In this document: one piece after another, positions 32,716 to 41,701 of the stretch
How the letters are laid out: every line of letters starts with the position of its first letter
Numbering within the stretch: position 1 is the first letter of the stretch
Assembly: GCA_965207225.1 (NCBI GenBank)
Contig: CBDBLV010000005.1
Location: 640,001-704,000 of the forward strand
DNA from: Dehalococcoidia bacterium
GTDB taxonomy: Bacteria > Chloroflexota > Dehalococcoidia > Plut-88900
DNA: 64,000 nt
Direction of reading: 5' to 3'
Translations under genes and position numbers: made by a program
The notes under the pieces: model-generated
What the model was told of the DNA's origin: nothing
Databases searched by the model: none
The model's input: only the letters and a program-made list of their open reading frames with translations

Positions 32716-32829
32716 CAGTACCAAACTAGAGGCCCACACCTGCGCCTTAGCGCAGGTGTGGGCCTCTGTTTTTTCTCCCCCTCTCCCTTACAGGCCCTAA
32801 GGGAGAGGGGGACCAAGGGGGAGAGGGTT
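32716..32829 (+). repeat. family A double-hairpin repeat, copy 1
   Basis: CAGTAC..AACTAGAGGC-[palindrome]-GCCTCTGTT..CCCCCTCTCCCTTA..TAAGGGAGAGGGGGACCAAGGGG. Confidence 0.92.
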
Positions 32830-32936
32830 ACCCGTGAAAGTGCAGCGCCGATTTGCTCCCGGGGCAACCGGGAGGGGGTGAGAGTTCCCCCAGGGGGCCG
32901 GGGGAAAATCCCCCCAAAACTGCCCCCTTTGCCCTA

Positions 32937-32964
32937 TTGACAAATATGCTATAAGTTCTATACT
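32937..32964 (+). promoter_or_regulatory. sigma70-like promoter
   Basis: TTGACA-16-TATACT just upstream of ATG 32979. Confidence 0.6.
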
Positions 32965-32978
32965 AACGTTCAGACCTA

Positions 32979-34061
32979 ATGTCTACACCCAAACTTCACA
33001 ACAAACCATTATCAATAGACCATCACCCCTCCAACGGGGTGCCCGCTCAAGAGGCGGCTGATCCCTCCCCGGGACCCGACCTGGCCCCGGATGCCCGCGG
33101 CCCTGCGCCGCGGAAGAACCCCCGAGGCCCGGCTCCTCAAGGAGCAATCCTCACGACCTCGGATGCCTGCGGCAACCTACCGCAGAAGAAGACCCGCACC
33201 CCCGCCCCTGCACGTCAGGAGCGCAGTCGACGCGGAAGACCGTACCCGCAAAACCGCGATGGGTCCGGTAATGCCGGCCAAGCCGAAGGCTCGTTGCCGC
33301 GTCTGGCCCCCGAGGGCCGGGGCTTCGAGCAGGAGATTTCTCTCCTTCGTTCCATGATCAACCGCCTCTTGAGCAGGCGCCCCCTGAATCACACCTACAT
33401 CTCCCGCTACATGAGACTTCTCATTCAGGCCCAGACCGCCCAGGCCAAAGCCCCCAAAGAACTCACCGACGAACAGGAAGTCGACTCCCTGATCAAGAAG
33501 CACTTCCACAAGGAAGTGGATGATGGCAATACCTCCTACTATGACCTCCTGCCCGTCCGCACCGCCCAACCCGGGGACAAATGGTGGCCGTGGAGGCAGC
33601 TGGTGTCTATTGATGAACGACGCCGGGACGGCCTCATCGATGAAGAGGACTCCACCATGATGGATGCCATGAAAGAGGCCGAGTCCAGCTACTACGGACT
33701 GTCCGACGATGATCCCCCCGACGACACTGACACTTTCGATGATGACCCCGACGACGATGACTATGACCCGGATGACCCGGATTCTTCTTCCAATCCCGAC
33801 AACCAAGACCCCGATGATGAAGACCCCCACCCCGACTACCCGCCCTGCAACCATAACCTGGACGATGACGCCCCGCCCCCCGAAGAAATGGGTCCATCCC
33901 TCTCCCCTGTAGGGGTGCCCCTTGTGGGTACCCTGGACGCCGCCCACGCCGATACCCTCCCCTCCCCCGTAGGGGCGACCGGCCGGTCGCCCGGTTGGGC
34001 CTACCCTTTTCCCAGCCCCTCACCCAAACCCCGCATCGCCAGAGGCCGCCCCCCGCCCTGA
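32979..34061 (+). CDS. hypothetical protein, low-complexity with Asp-rich tract
   Basis: Long ORF behind a promoter; helical-looking core GFEQEISLLRSMINRLL; C-terminus is REP-derived. Confidence 0.6.
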   Translation: MSTPKLHNKPLSIDHHPSNGVPAQEAADPSPGPDLAPDARGPAPRKNPRGPAPQGAILTTSDACGNLPQKKTRTPAPARQERSRRGRPYPQNRDGSGNAGQAEGSLPRLAPEGRGFEQEISLLRSMINRLLSRRPLNHTYISRYMRLLIQAQTAQAKAPKELTDEQEVDSLIKKHFHKEVDDGNTSYYDLLPVRTAQPGDKWWPWRQLVSIDERRRDGLIDEEDSTMMDAMKEAESSYYGLSDDDPPDDTDTFDDDPDDDDYDPDDPDSSSNPDNQDPDDEDPHPDYPPCNHNLDDDAPPPEEMGPSLSPVGVPLVGTLDAAHADTLPSPVGATGRSPGWAYPFPSPSPKPRIARGRPPP

Positions 34062-34123
34062 CCCAAATAACCCGCGCCCTAAAACTGAATACCACAACCC
34101 CCCAGTCTGCCTTGGAGTAAGCA

Positions 34124-34582
34124 TTGAGAAGACCGAGAAGACTGAGAAAATCTAAGGGATACAGAAGACGCCTTGAAGGCCTCGTAGGCAAGCGCACGCG
34201 CTTCACCGCCGTGTTGAGAAGGCGCTACAGTGGCCCCCGCCGCGTCTTGCTGGTAGACGTCCGCAACCCCGAGACCGGCGCCCAGGTCACCGACCACCTC
34301 TGGTTTAACGAAGGAAAGTGGAGCTCTCGCATACGCCCCCGCAACACCATCGCCTTCGACGCCCGCGTCGTCCCCTACCTCAAGGGACGCGGCCCCGCCA
34401 AATTCCTCGACTACAGGCTCGAACGCCCCACCCAGGTCCAGGTCCTCAGCCGCCACCCCTGCTCTCCCCGAAACTCATCCCGCCCAAACCGCAACGCCCG
34501 CAGGCTGCTGATATCCCAACCCTCTCCCCAGTCTGAACCAGAGGCTTTCACCCTCTCCCATTGTCATTCCGAACGGCAGTGA
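34124..34582 (+). CDS. hypothetical basic protein (TDHLWF..FDARV..Y motif)
   Basis: GGAG RBS before TTG; globular beta-rich core resembling small phage-associated hypotheticals (from recall, not searched). Confidence 0.65.
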   Translation: MRRPRRLRKSKGYRRRLEGLVGKRTRFTAVLRRRYSGPRRVLLVDVRNPETGAQVTDHLWFNEGKWSSRIRPRNTIAFDARVVPYLKGRGPAKFLDYRLERPTQVQVLSRHPCSPRNSSRPNRNARRLLISQPSPQSEPEAFTLSHCHSERQ

Positions 34583-34657
34583 GGAATCTGGGGAGGTGAG
34601 GTGCAGGTCTCGCAATTCACCTGGACATTCGGGACAGCAACTCTCCCCTCTCCCCAC

Positions 34658-35061
34658 CAGCACTGAACTAGAGGCCCACGTGCGTGCCTGCATCCACGTG
34701 GGCCGTTATTATTCCCTCCCCTCCCCCAGTACCAAACTAGAGGCAAGCGCCTGCGCCTTGGCGCAGGCGCTTGCCTCTGTTTAACTCTCCCCCTCTCCCT
34801 TACAAGCCCTAAGAGCCTGCCCCGAGTCCCTCGAGGAGGAGAGGGCGACCAAGGGAGTGAGGGTTCCCCGTTGGTTGGCTGTATCCTCGCCAGGAATCCA
34901 TTTCACCCAACAGCCAAGATTCCATCTCGTTCTGTTCCTCTCCCCCCCAGTACCGAACTGGAGGCCCACGTGCGTGCTCTGCACGCACGTGGGCCTCTGT
35001 TCTTCTCTCCCCCTCTCCCTTAAAGGCCCTAAGGGAGAGGGGGACCAAGGGGGAGAGGGTT
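34658..35061 (+). repeat. family A repeats, copies 2-4 (34658-34707 partial, 34727-34865, 34948-35061)
   Basis: Same flanks as copy 1 with different central palindromes. Confidence 0.9.
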
Positions 35062-35167
35062 CCCTTCGTAGTCAAGGCGTATTCTGGGAAGCACCCCCTT
35101 GGCGGACAAGCCATCCCCCACCCCCTATGCTACAATCCCCCAAAACCCTCCCCCGACGGCTCACACC

Positions 35168-35518
35168 ATGCTTTACATACTCCTCGCCACCCTCACGACC
35201 GACGGTCAGCGCAAGCTCATCGACAACCCTGACCTCATCAATCAGGTCGCCAAAGAGATCAACGTTCCCCACGCCAGCCTCCTCTCCCGCTACATGGTTC
35301 TCGGCCGGTACGACTTCGTTCTAATCGCCCAGGCCGACGACCCCGAGTCCGCCGCCCGTCTCTCCCTCGAGTTCGGCCTCCGCGCCGGCGTCCACACCGA
35401 GACCCTCCAGGCCATCAACGTTGACCTCCTCGCCGGCGCCTCCGAAGACGACCTCCTCTCCGCCATCACCGAGACCTTCGCCCCCGCCGACGGCGCTCCC
35501 CCCACCCCCGACACCTAA
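35168..35518 (+). CDS. GYD-domain protein
   Basis: YILLATLTTDG..YMVLGRYDFVLIAQADD..TETL. Confidence 0.85.
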   Translation: MLYILLATLTTDGQRKLIDNPDLINQVAKEINVPHASLLSRYMVLGRYDFVLIAQADDPESAARLSLEFGLRAGVHTETLQAINVDLLAGASEDDLLSAITETFAPADGAPPTPDT

Positions 35519-35534
35519 CAGAAAGGGCCAACCC

Positions 35535-36689
35535 ATGACCACCCTGGACTTCGAAATATCCGAGTTCGAAGACCGCCAGACCAGGACACGCGCCGCCATG
35601 GAAGCGGCCGGCATTGACCTCCTCATCGTCACCCACCCCGTCCACATCCACTGGCTCATCGGCAGCCGTATCAAGGGCTACCAGGAATTCCAGGCCCTCC
35701 TCTTCACCCTCGAACCCTCCGACAACCTCCTCCTGACCCGCTTCGCAGATGTGGTCGAAGCAGCCGACCTCTCCCTCTCCAACGACGTACGCGGCTGGGG
35801 CCGGGACCCCGGCGACGACGCCATCCCCATCCTCAAGTCCATCCTTGAAGAGAAAAGCTACCTCAACCGCAAGATCGGCCTCGAAGTCCCCGACACCTAT
35901 CTCAACGTCCACGACTACCTCCAGCTCCGCGACATCCTCGGTGACTCCCTCGTCTCCGAACTCACTGGCCTCGTCGAGAAGCTCAAGCTCGTCAAGTCTC
36001 CCGCCGAACTCGTCTACATCCGCAAAGCCTCCGACATCAACGACGCCGTCCATCAGACCTGCATCGACACCCTCGCCGCCGGCAAGACCGAGTTCGAAGT
36101 CGTCGCCGATATGCACCGCACCATGATCGCCAACTTCGGCGACTTCACCTCCAGCCCCATGAACTTCGTCAGCGGCGAGCGCACCGTCTACTCCCACGGC
36201 TTCCCCTCCGAGCGAGTCATGCAACATGGCGACCTCGTCCATCACGAATACGGTGCCGCTTACCGGCGCTACACTTGTACCATCGGCCGGGTCCTCTGCA
36301 TCGGCGAACCAACGGCCCGTATGAAAGAGGTCTACCAGGTCGTCCGTGACGCCTGCGACGCCCAGATAGCTGCCATCAAGGACGGCGTAGCCGCCTCCGT
36401 CCCCCACGAAGCCGCTAAGAAAGTCATCGGCGATGCTGGCATGGAGGAAGGCCGGTGGCACACCAGCGGCTACGGCATCGCCCCCAGCTTCCCCCCGAGA
36501 TGGTCCGAGGACATCCAGATGGACGGCACCACCGACGAACCCCTCCGCAGCGGCATGGTCCTCTCCATCGAACCCCCCGTCTTCCTCCCCGAGGAAAAGC
36601 TCGGTGCCCGCATCATCGACAACGTCCTCGTAACAGACACCGGCGCCGAAATCCTCTCCAAAACCTCCCGAGACCTCACCATCGTCTGA
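35535..36689 (+). CDS. M24 family Xaa-Pro peptidase/creatinase-like amidohydrolase
   Basis: VKSPAEL, HTSGYGI, GMVLSIEP, DNVLVT; canonical metal-binding Asp pair not evident. Confidence 0.88.
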   Translation: MTTLDFEISEFEDRQTRTRAAMEAAGIDLLIVTHPVHIHWLIGSRIKGYQEFQALLFTLEPSDNLLLTRFADVVEAADLSLSNDVRGWGRDPGDDAIPILKSILEEKSYLNRKIGLEVPDTYLNVHDYLQLRDILGDSLVSELTGLVEKLKLVKSPAELVYIRKASDINDAVHQTCIDTLAAGKTEFEVVADMHRTMIANFGDFTSSPMNFVSGERTVYSHGFPSERVMQHGDLVHHEYGAAYRRYTCTIGRVLCIGEPTARMKEVYQVVRDACDAQIAAIKDGVAASVPHEAAKKVIGDAGMEEGRWHTSGYGIAPSFPPRWSEDIQMDGTTDEPLRSGMVLSIEPPVFLPEEKLGARIIDNVLVTDTGAEILSKTSRDLTIV

Positions 36690-36698
36690 CCCCCTCCT

Positions 36699-36812
36699 CA
36701 GTACTGAACTAGAGGCCCGCATTGGCGCTCTACGCCAATGCGGGCCTCTGTTCTTATCTCCCCCTCTCCCTTATCGGCCCTAAGGGAGAGGGGGACCAAG
36801 GGGGTGAGGGTT
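36699..36812 (+). repeat. family A repeat, copy 5
   Basis: AGAGGCCCGCATTGGCG-CTCTA-CGCCAATGCGGGCCTCT plus the conserved second hairpin. Confidence 0.92.
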
Positions 36813-36920
36813 TCCCCTGTGGAGTCGTGGGAGCAGCATTCCGAGAGTGTAGGACGGTCCGAACTCCACTTAATCCTGAGGTGCTGGGGGGCGTCGCAGC
36901 TTTCCTTGGACGTAGACCCC

Positions 36921-38027
36921 CTACCCCACCCCCACATCTACCGGGAACTCCCTCACCTCCCCACCCATCCCCGCCACCACCGCTCGACCCGCCGCCACCG
37001 ACGCTGTCCTCGCCATCTCCACGTCAACCTCGAACGCCTCTCCCTCCACCGTGATAGTGTACCGACGCCGGGCAACCGCCGTACCCAGGTACTCCTTCAC
37101 CCTCTCAACCCCGGCTTCCTGCTCCCTCAACGCCTCGTGCGCCTCCTCCAGTGTGACCTTCTGGAAGCGCATCTCGTCACCCGGCATCCTCTGGGCTACC
37201 TTGCCTATGTCTGCGCTTATCACAGTCGCCGGCTTCGTGTAGCCCCCCGACGTCCCCCGGTCCGCCATCAGCACTATCGGCTGCCCGTCCCCCGACACCT
37301 GCACACCCCCAAACGGTATCCCGTCCGATATGATGTCCGGCCCCGATACGTGCTCTATCTTCGGCCCCTGCAACCGGTACCCCATCCTGTCGGACTGTGC
37401 CGACACCGTGAATGCCTCCCCCAGGAGAGTGTCTAGACCTGACTCCGTGAACCTGTCGTCCTGCGGCCCCAGGATCACCCGGATGGGCAGACTGGCGTCA
37501 TACCTCGGCACGAGGCTGCGCGGTATCCGTCTCCCCGACATCCCACCCGACGAGTCCGGCAGGCGCGTAACCAGCATGTCCCCGGCCTTCAGTGCCCGAC
37601 CGTCGAACCCCCCAATCCCCGCCTTCATAAACGTCGACTTGCTCCCCATCACCACCGGCACGTCCAGCCCCCCGGCCACCGCCACGTAGGCCCGTGTCCC
37701 CGACTCCTGCCCCCCGAAGGAAAGCAAGTTCCCCTGCTGCACCGTCGCCGAACCCCACGTCGGAATCGGCGAACCATTGATGCTGGGCGACAGGTCGGCC
37801 CCCGTAACCGCAATCACCGCCGCCGACCTGAACCTCAACCTCGGCCCCGACAGCGTCACTTCCAGGCAAGCCTCTTCTTCCGGATTGCCCACCAGCAGGT
37901 TCGCCAGCCGCAGCGCCACCGGGTCCATCGCCCCCGATACCGGCACCCCGTGCCTCAGATATCCGAACCTTCCCACGTCCTGTACCGTGGTCAGCAGCCC
38001 TGGCTCGATGACCTCGATTACGCCCAT
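36921..38027 (-). CDS. pxpC: 5-oxoprolinase subunit C (AHS2)
   Basis: PGLLTTVQDVGR, SGAMD, SDRMGYRL, TSGGYTK. Confidence 0.92.
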   Translation of the reverse strand: MGVIEVIEPGLLTTVQDVGRFGYLRHGVPVSGAMDPVALRLANLLVGNPEEEACLEVTLSGPRLRFRSAAVIAVTGADLSPSINGSPIPTWGSATVQQGNLLSFGGQESGTRAYVAVAGGLDVPVVMGSKSTFMKAGIGGFDGRALKAGDMLVTRLPDSSGGMSGRRIPRSLVPRYDASLPIRVILGPQDDRFTESGLDTLLGEAFTVSAQSDRMGYRLQGPKIEHVSGPDIISDGIPFGGVQVSGDGQPIVLMADRGTSGGYTKPATVISADIGKVAQRMPGDEMRFQKVTLEEAHEALREQEAGVERVKEYLGTAVARRRYTITVEGEAFEVDVEMARTASVAAGRAVVAGMGGEVREFPVDVGVG

Positions 38028-38034
38028 CCTCTAA

Positions 38035-38769
38035 TCACCCTGCTTCCCGAATCGTGACCTTGAACGTCCCTGCTTCCACCTCGCCCTCGATCTCCCTGTA
38101 CCTGATCTCGTCGATGGACGTGAACCTCACCAGGTCACCCGCCATCACCAGCGAAGGCGGCTCCCTCCCCGGGTCGAACATCCTTATCGGAGACCTGCCT
38201 ATCACCCTCCACCCTCCCGGACTCGCCAGCGGGTATATCCCCGTCTGCCGCTCCGCTATCCCCACCGATCCCGGCACCATCCGCACCCGGGGCGTAGGCA
38301 GCCGAGGCGTAGCTATCCTCTCCGACATTCCGCCCAGGTACGGGAACCCTGGATTGAAGCCGACCATGTACACCAGGTAGTCTGACCCCGTGTGGACTTC
38401 CACCACTTCCGCCTCGCTGATCCCGTTGTGCGAAGCCACAAAGTCGATGTCCGGGCCATACTCTCCCCCGTACAGCGTGGGAATCTCCACGATCTTCGCC
38501 CCACCCAGCTCCGCATCCTCCAGGTTCCCGTACAACACCGAGATCTGCTCCTTGAGCACCTCGGGTTCCACCGTCAACGGATCGTAGTAGACGAGGATGG
38601 AGCGGTAAGTCGGGGCAAGGGCCTGAACGCCCGCAAGGTCGGCCTTATCAATCGCGCTGAGCAGGTTGCGAATGCCCCGGTTTACTTCGGGCGTGATCTC
38701 ATCACCCACCTCAACGAATAGCGAGCGGTCACCGCCGTTCCGAAAGCTGAGTTCGCTGAAGAGTGGCAT
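38035..38769 (-). CDS. pxpB: 5-oxoprolinase subunit B (KipI/AHS1)
   Basis: YGGEYGPD, GFNPGFPYLG, GIYPLASPGGW. Confidence 0.94.
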   Translation of the reverse strand: MPLFSELSFRNGGDRSLFVEVGDEITPEVNRGIRNLLSAIDKADLAGVQALAPTYRSILVYYDPLTVEPEVLKEQISVLYGNLEDAELGGAKIVEIPTLYGGEYGPDIDFVASHNGISEAEVVEVHTGSDYLVYMVGFNPGFPYLGGMSERIATPRLPTPRVRMVPGSVGIAERQTGIYPLASPGGWRVIGRSPIRMFDPGREPPSLVMAGDLVRFTSIDEIRYREIEGEVEAGTFKVTIREAG

Positions 38770-38797
38770 TCCTTGGATTCTGCGAATAGGAGAGGAC

Positions 38798-39562
38798 CTA
38801 GCAGAAGGTACCCATCGGCGTCACCTCTACCCCCGACTCCTCGAACCGCCTCCGGATCGCCGACGCCAGTTCCACCGCCCCCGGGTTGTCCCCATGTAGG
38901 CAGATCGTATCCGCCTCCACCGGGATCTCCTCGCCCGTGATCGCCGTGATCTTGCCCTCGGTCACCATCTTCAGGCTCCGCTCCACCACCATGTCCGGAT
39001 CGTGCAGCACCGAACCTTCCACCGACCTCGCCACCAACGTCCCATCCGCGTTGAAAGCTCTATCCGCAAACGTCTCCTGGGCAATCCTGTTGCCCATCTC
39101 CTTCCCGATCTTCACCCAGTTAGTGCCAGCCAGCACCACCAGTATGATCTCCGGGTCGATGTCCAGGATAGCCTGGCAGATTCCCTTGGCAAGGTCGTCG
39201 TTCTTCACCGCCGCGTTATAGAGCGCCCCGTGCGCCTTCACGTGCTGCAGCTTTGCCCCCCCGAGGAACCCCTGCAGAGCCCCGACTTGATACTTCACGT
39301 AAGCCCGTGCCTCCTCCGGTGTCGCCGTCATGTTCCTCCGCCCAAATCCCAGCAGGTCCGGGAAGCTCGGGTGCGCCCCTATGGCCACCCCGTTCTCCTT
39401 CGCCAGGTTCACCGTGTGCTGCATCCACACCGGGTCCCCTGCATGGTAGCCGCACGCCACATTGGAAGAAGTAACGTGCTTGATTACCTCTTCGTCCAAG
39501 CCCATCTTCCACGCCCCGAAGCTCTCTCCCATGTCGCAATTGAAGTCTATTTTTGCCGCCAT
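38798..39562 (-). CDS. pxpA: 5-oxoprolinase subunit A (LamB/YcsF)
   Basis: NCDMGESFG, ACGYHAGD, HVKAHGALYN, ICLHGD. Confidence 0.95.
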   Translation of the reverse strand: MAAKIDFNCDMGESFGAWKMGLDEEVIKHVTSSNVACGYHAGDPVWMQHTVNLAKENGVAIGAHPSFPDLLGFGRRNMTATPEEARAYVKYQVGALQGFLGGAKLQHVKAHGALYNAAVKNDDLAKGICQAILDIDPEIILVVLAGTNWVKIGKEMGNRIAQETFADRAFNADGTLVARSVEGSVLHDPDMVVERSLKMVTEGKITAITGEEIPVEADTICLHGDNPGAVELASAIRRRFEESGVEVTPMGTFC

Positions 39563-39667
39563 CTCCTGTTGCCCCCCGACTCGAAATACTGGGTGTCCGA
39601 ATATGAGCTATCCTACAAGTCGCCCGCTTTGAGTGTCAATGAACACCCACCCCCGAGACATTCCGCT

Positions 39668-40861
39668 ATGCCCGAAAATCCGCTTGAGTTCCTAATCATC
39701 GAAGAGGCCCGCCGCAAGGGCCCCATCACCTTCGCCCGTTTCATGGAGTTGGCCCTCTATCACCCGACCCTCGGCTATTACCCCACGGGTCCCGACCCCA
39801 TAGGCGCCGACGGCGACTTCTATACCAGCCCCGGGGCCCATCCCGCCTTTGGCGCCCTCCTCGCCATCCAGCTCGCCGACATGTGGGACAAGCTCGGCAA
39901 CCCCTTCCCCTTTCACGCTATCGAACTCGGCGCTGGCTCCGGTATCCTCGCCACCGACATCCTCGAATTTGCCCCTCACATCTCCCCAGCTTTCTCCGAA
40001 GCCCTCCAATACGTCACCATAGATAGACGCCCAGCCCACAACGCGGCAGGAGCCCACCCCATCATCTCCGATGCTCTCCCCCTCCGAAACATAACTGGCT
40101 GCATCCTCTCCAACGAATACTTCGACGCCCTCCCCGTCCACCGGGTCACGATGCAGAACGGCAGGCTCCTGGAAGTCTACGTCGGCCTGGAAGATGACAC
40201 CCTAGTTGAAGTCATCGGCAAACCCTCCACCCCCCTACTCCAGCAAAGATTGACCGACCTCAACGTCACCTTCGCAGAGGGTCAAAAGGCTGAGATTGAC
40301 CTCGCTCTTGATACCATCACCCGCTCCCTCTCGCATTCCCTCCGCTGCGGCTATGTCCTCACCTTCGACTACGGCCACCCCGCCCGAGACCTCTACTCCC
40401 CCTCCCGACTCTCGGGCACGCTTGCTTGCCACTACCAGCACACCCTGAACACTCAGCCACTCCGGCGTATCGGCCATCAGGACATCACCGCCCACGTGGA
40501 TTTCACAACCCTTGCCAAAACCGGGGGATGCTACGGACTTGAATCCGGCGAATTGGTTACCCAGAGAGACTTCCTGGGCAACCTCGGCATCGTGACACTA
40601 AAGGATCGCCTGAGAGACCTAGGCCTGACCACCACCCAGTACAACGCCAACCTCATGGCCCTCGGCAACCTCATAGACCCCGACGCCCTCGGCGGCTTCA
40701 AAGTCCTAGTCCAGTCCAAGGGCGTTGGATTGGAAAATCTGTCCGGCCTCGGCGGCCAGGGCCGCATCTTCACCCACGACCTCCCCGTCCCCCTCCCCAC
40801 CCGACGCCACCTCAACCTCCTACGGGGCAAATACCCTCACCTCGCCTGGGAAGTCACCTAG
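39668..40861 (+). CDS. SAM-dependent methyltransferase, MidA/NDUFAF7 family
   Basis: FMELALYHP..GYY, GDFYTSP, ELGAGSG, SNEYFDALP, QDITAHVDF. Confidence 0.93.
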   Translation: MPENPLEFLIIEEARRKGPITFARFMELALYHPTLGYYPTGPDPIGADGDFYTSPGAHPAFGALLAIQLADMWDKLGNPFPFHAIELGAGSGILATDILEFAPHISPAFSEALQYVTIDRRPAHNAAGAHPIISDALPLRNITGCILSNEYFDALPVHRVTMQNGRLLEVYVGLEDDTLVEVIGKPSTPLLQQRLTDLNVTFAEGQKAEIDLALDTITRSLSHSLRCGYVLTFDYGHPARDLYSPSRLSGTLACHYQHTLNTQPLRRIGHQDITAHVDFTTLAKTGGCYGLESGELVTQRDFLGNLGIVTLKDRLRDLGLTTTQYNANLMALGNLIDPDALGGFKVLVQSKGVGLENLSGLGGQGRIFTHDLPVPLPTRRHLNLLRGKYPHLAWEVT

Positions 40862-40897
40862 CTGTAACCAGCCCTCTTCCCGCGCCACCCGAATTGC

Positions 40898-41701
40898 CTA
40901 GAACCCCGCTATATCCTCCCCGCCGTCCACCCCGATAACGTCGCCGTTGATCCAGTTCGTCGGACCTGTTGCCAGCATCGCGATAGCCGCCGCTACGTCC
41001 TGCGGTGTCGTCATTCTCCCGCTCGGATTGTTCGCTGTGGCACCGGCTATCAGGTCCTCGTGGCCCGGGATCTTCCTTAGTGCCGGCGTGTCTGTTATCC
41101 CGGCTCTTACCGCGTTCACCGTGATCCCTCGACCCCCAAGCTCCATCGCCAGCTGCCTCACGTGCGACTCCAGCGCTGCCTTCGCCGCCGACACCGCTCC
41201 GTATGTCGGCACAACCCGGTGAGACCCGGCGCTCGTCAACGCATACACCCGACCCCCCTCCCCCATCAGCCCCCTGTGCACCAGGTCCTGCATCCAGTAC
41301 ACCAGCGTGTTCGCCATCACGTGCAGCGTCATATCCATCTGCGCCTGCGTCAACGAGTCCTTCGGGTCATCCGTGATATACGCCTTCAGAGTCCCGAACG
41401 CCAGCGAGTGGACCAGAACCTTCACCGACTCCCCTTCCCCCAGGTTCTCTTTCACGCTGTCCAGTACGCTTGCCCTCTTGGCGTCATCCGCGGCATTTGT
41501 GTTAAAGAACAGCGCCTTCACCCCCGACTCCTCGATCTTAGCTGCTATAGCCTCGGCGTTTGCCAGCGTTGCCCTCCTGTCCAGGTGGACTCCCGCAATG
41601 TTTAGTCCCTTTTCTGCCAGGGCCAGCGCACACGCCCCCCCGAACCCGCTGGACGCACCCAGCACTACCGCCCAGTCCCGACCGTCGTTCGCTCCGTTCA
41701 A
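40898..41701 (-). CDS. SDR oxidoreductase (FabL-like enoyl-ACP reductase)
   Basis: LGASSGFG, YGAVSAAKAALE, TDTPAL. Confidence 0.88.
   Translation of the reverse strand: MNGANDGRDWAVVLGASSGFGGACALALAEKGLNIAGVHLDRRATLANAEAIAAKIEESGVKALFFNTNAADDAKRASVLDSVKENLGEGESVKVLVHSLAFGTLKAYITDDPKDSLTQAQMDMTLHVMANTLVYWMQDLVHRGLMGEGGRVYALTSAGSHRVVPTYGAVSAAKAALESHVRQLAMELGGRGITVNAVRAGITDTPALRKIPGHEDLIAGATANNPSGRMTTPQDVAAAIAMLATGPTNWINGDVIGVDGGEDIAGF

Noticed and set aside
32716-36812. CRISPR array or canonical integron attC
   Set aside because: Spacing is irregular, units exceed 100 bp, the variable part is itself palindromic, and there is no cas or intI gene. The ends do not fit RYYYAAC/GTTRRRY.
39002-39667. 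N-terminal extension of the MidA-like ORF to 619 aa
   Set aside because: It overlaps pxpA on the opposite strand, and homology starts at ATG 39668.
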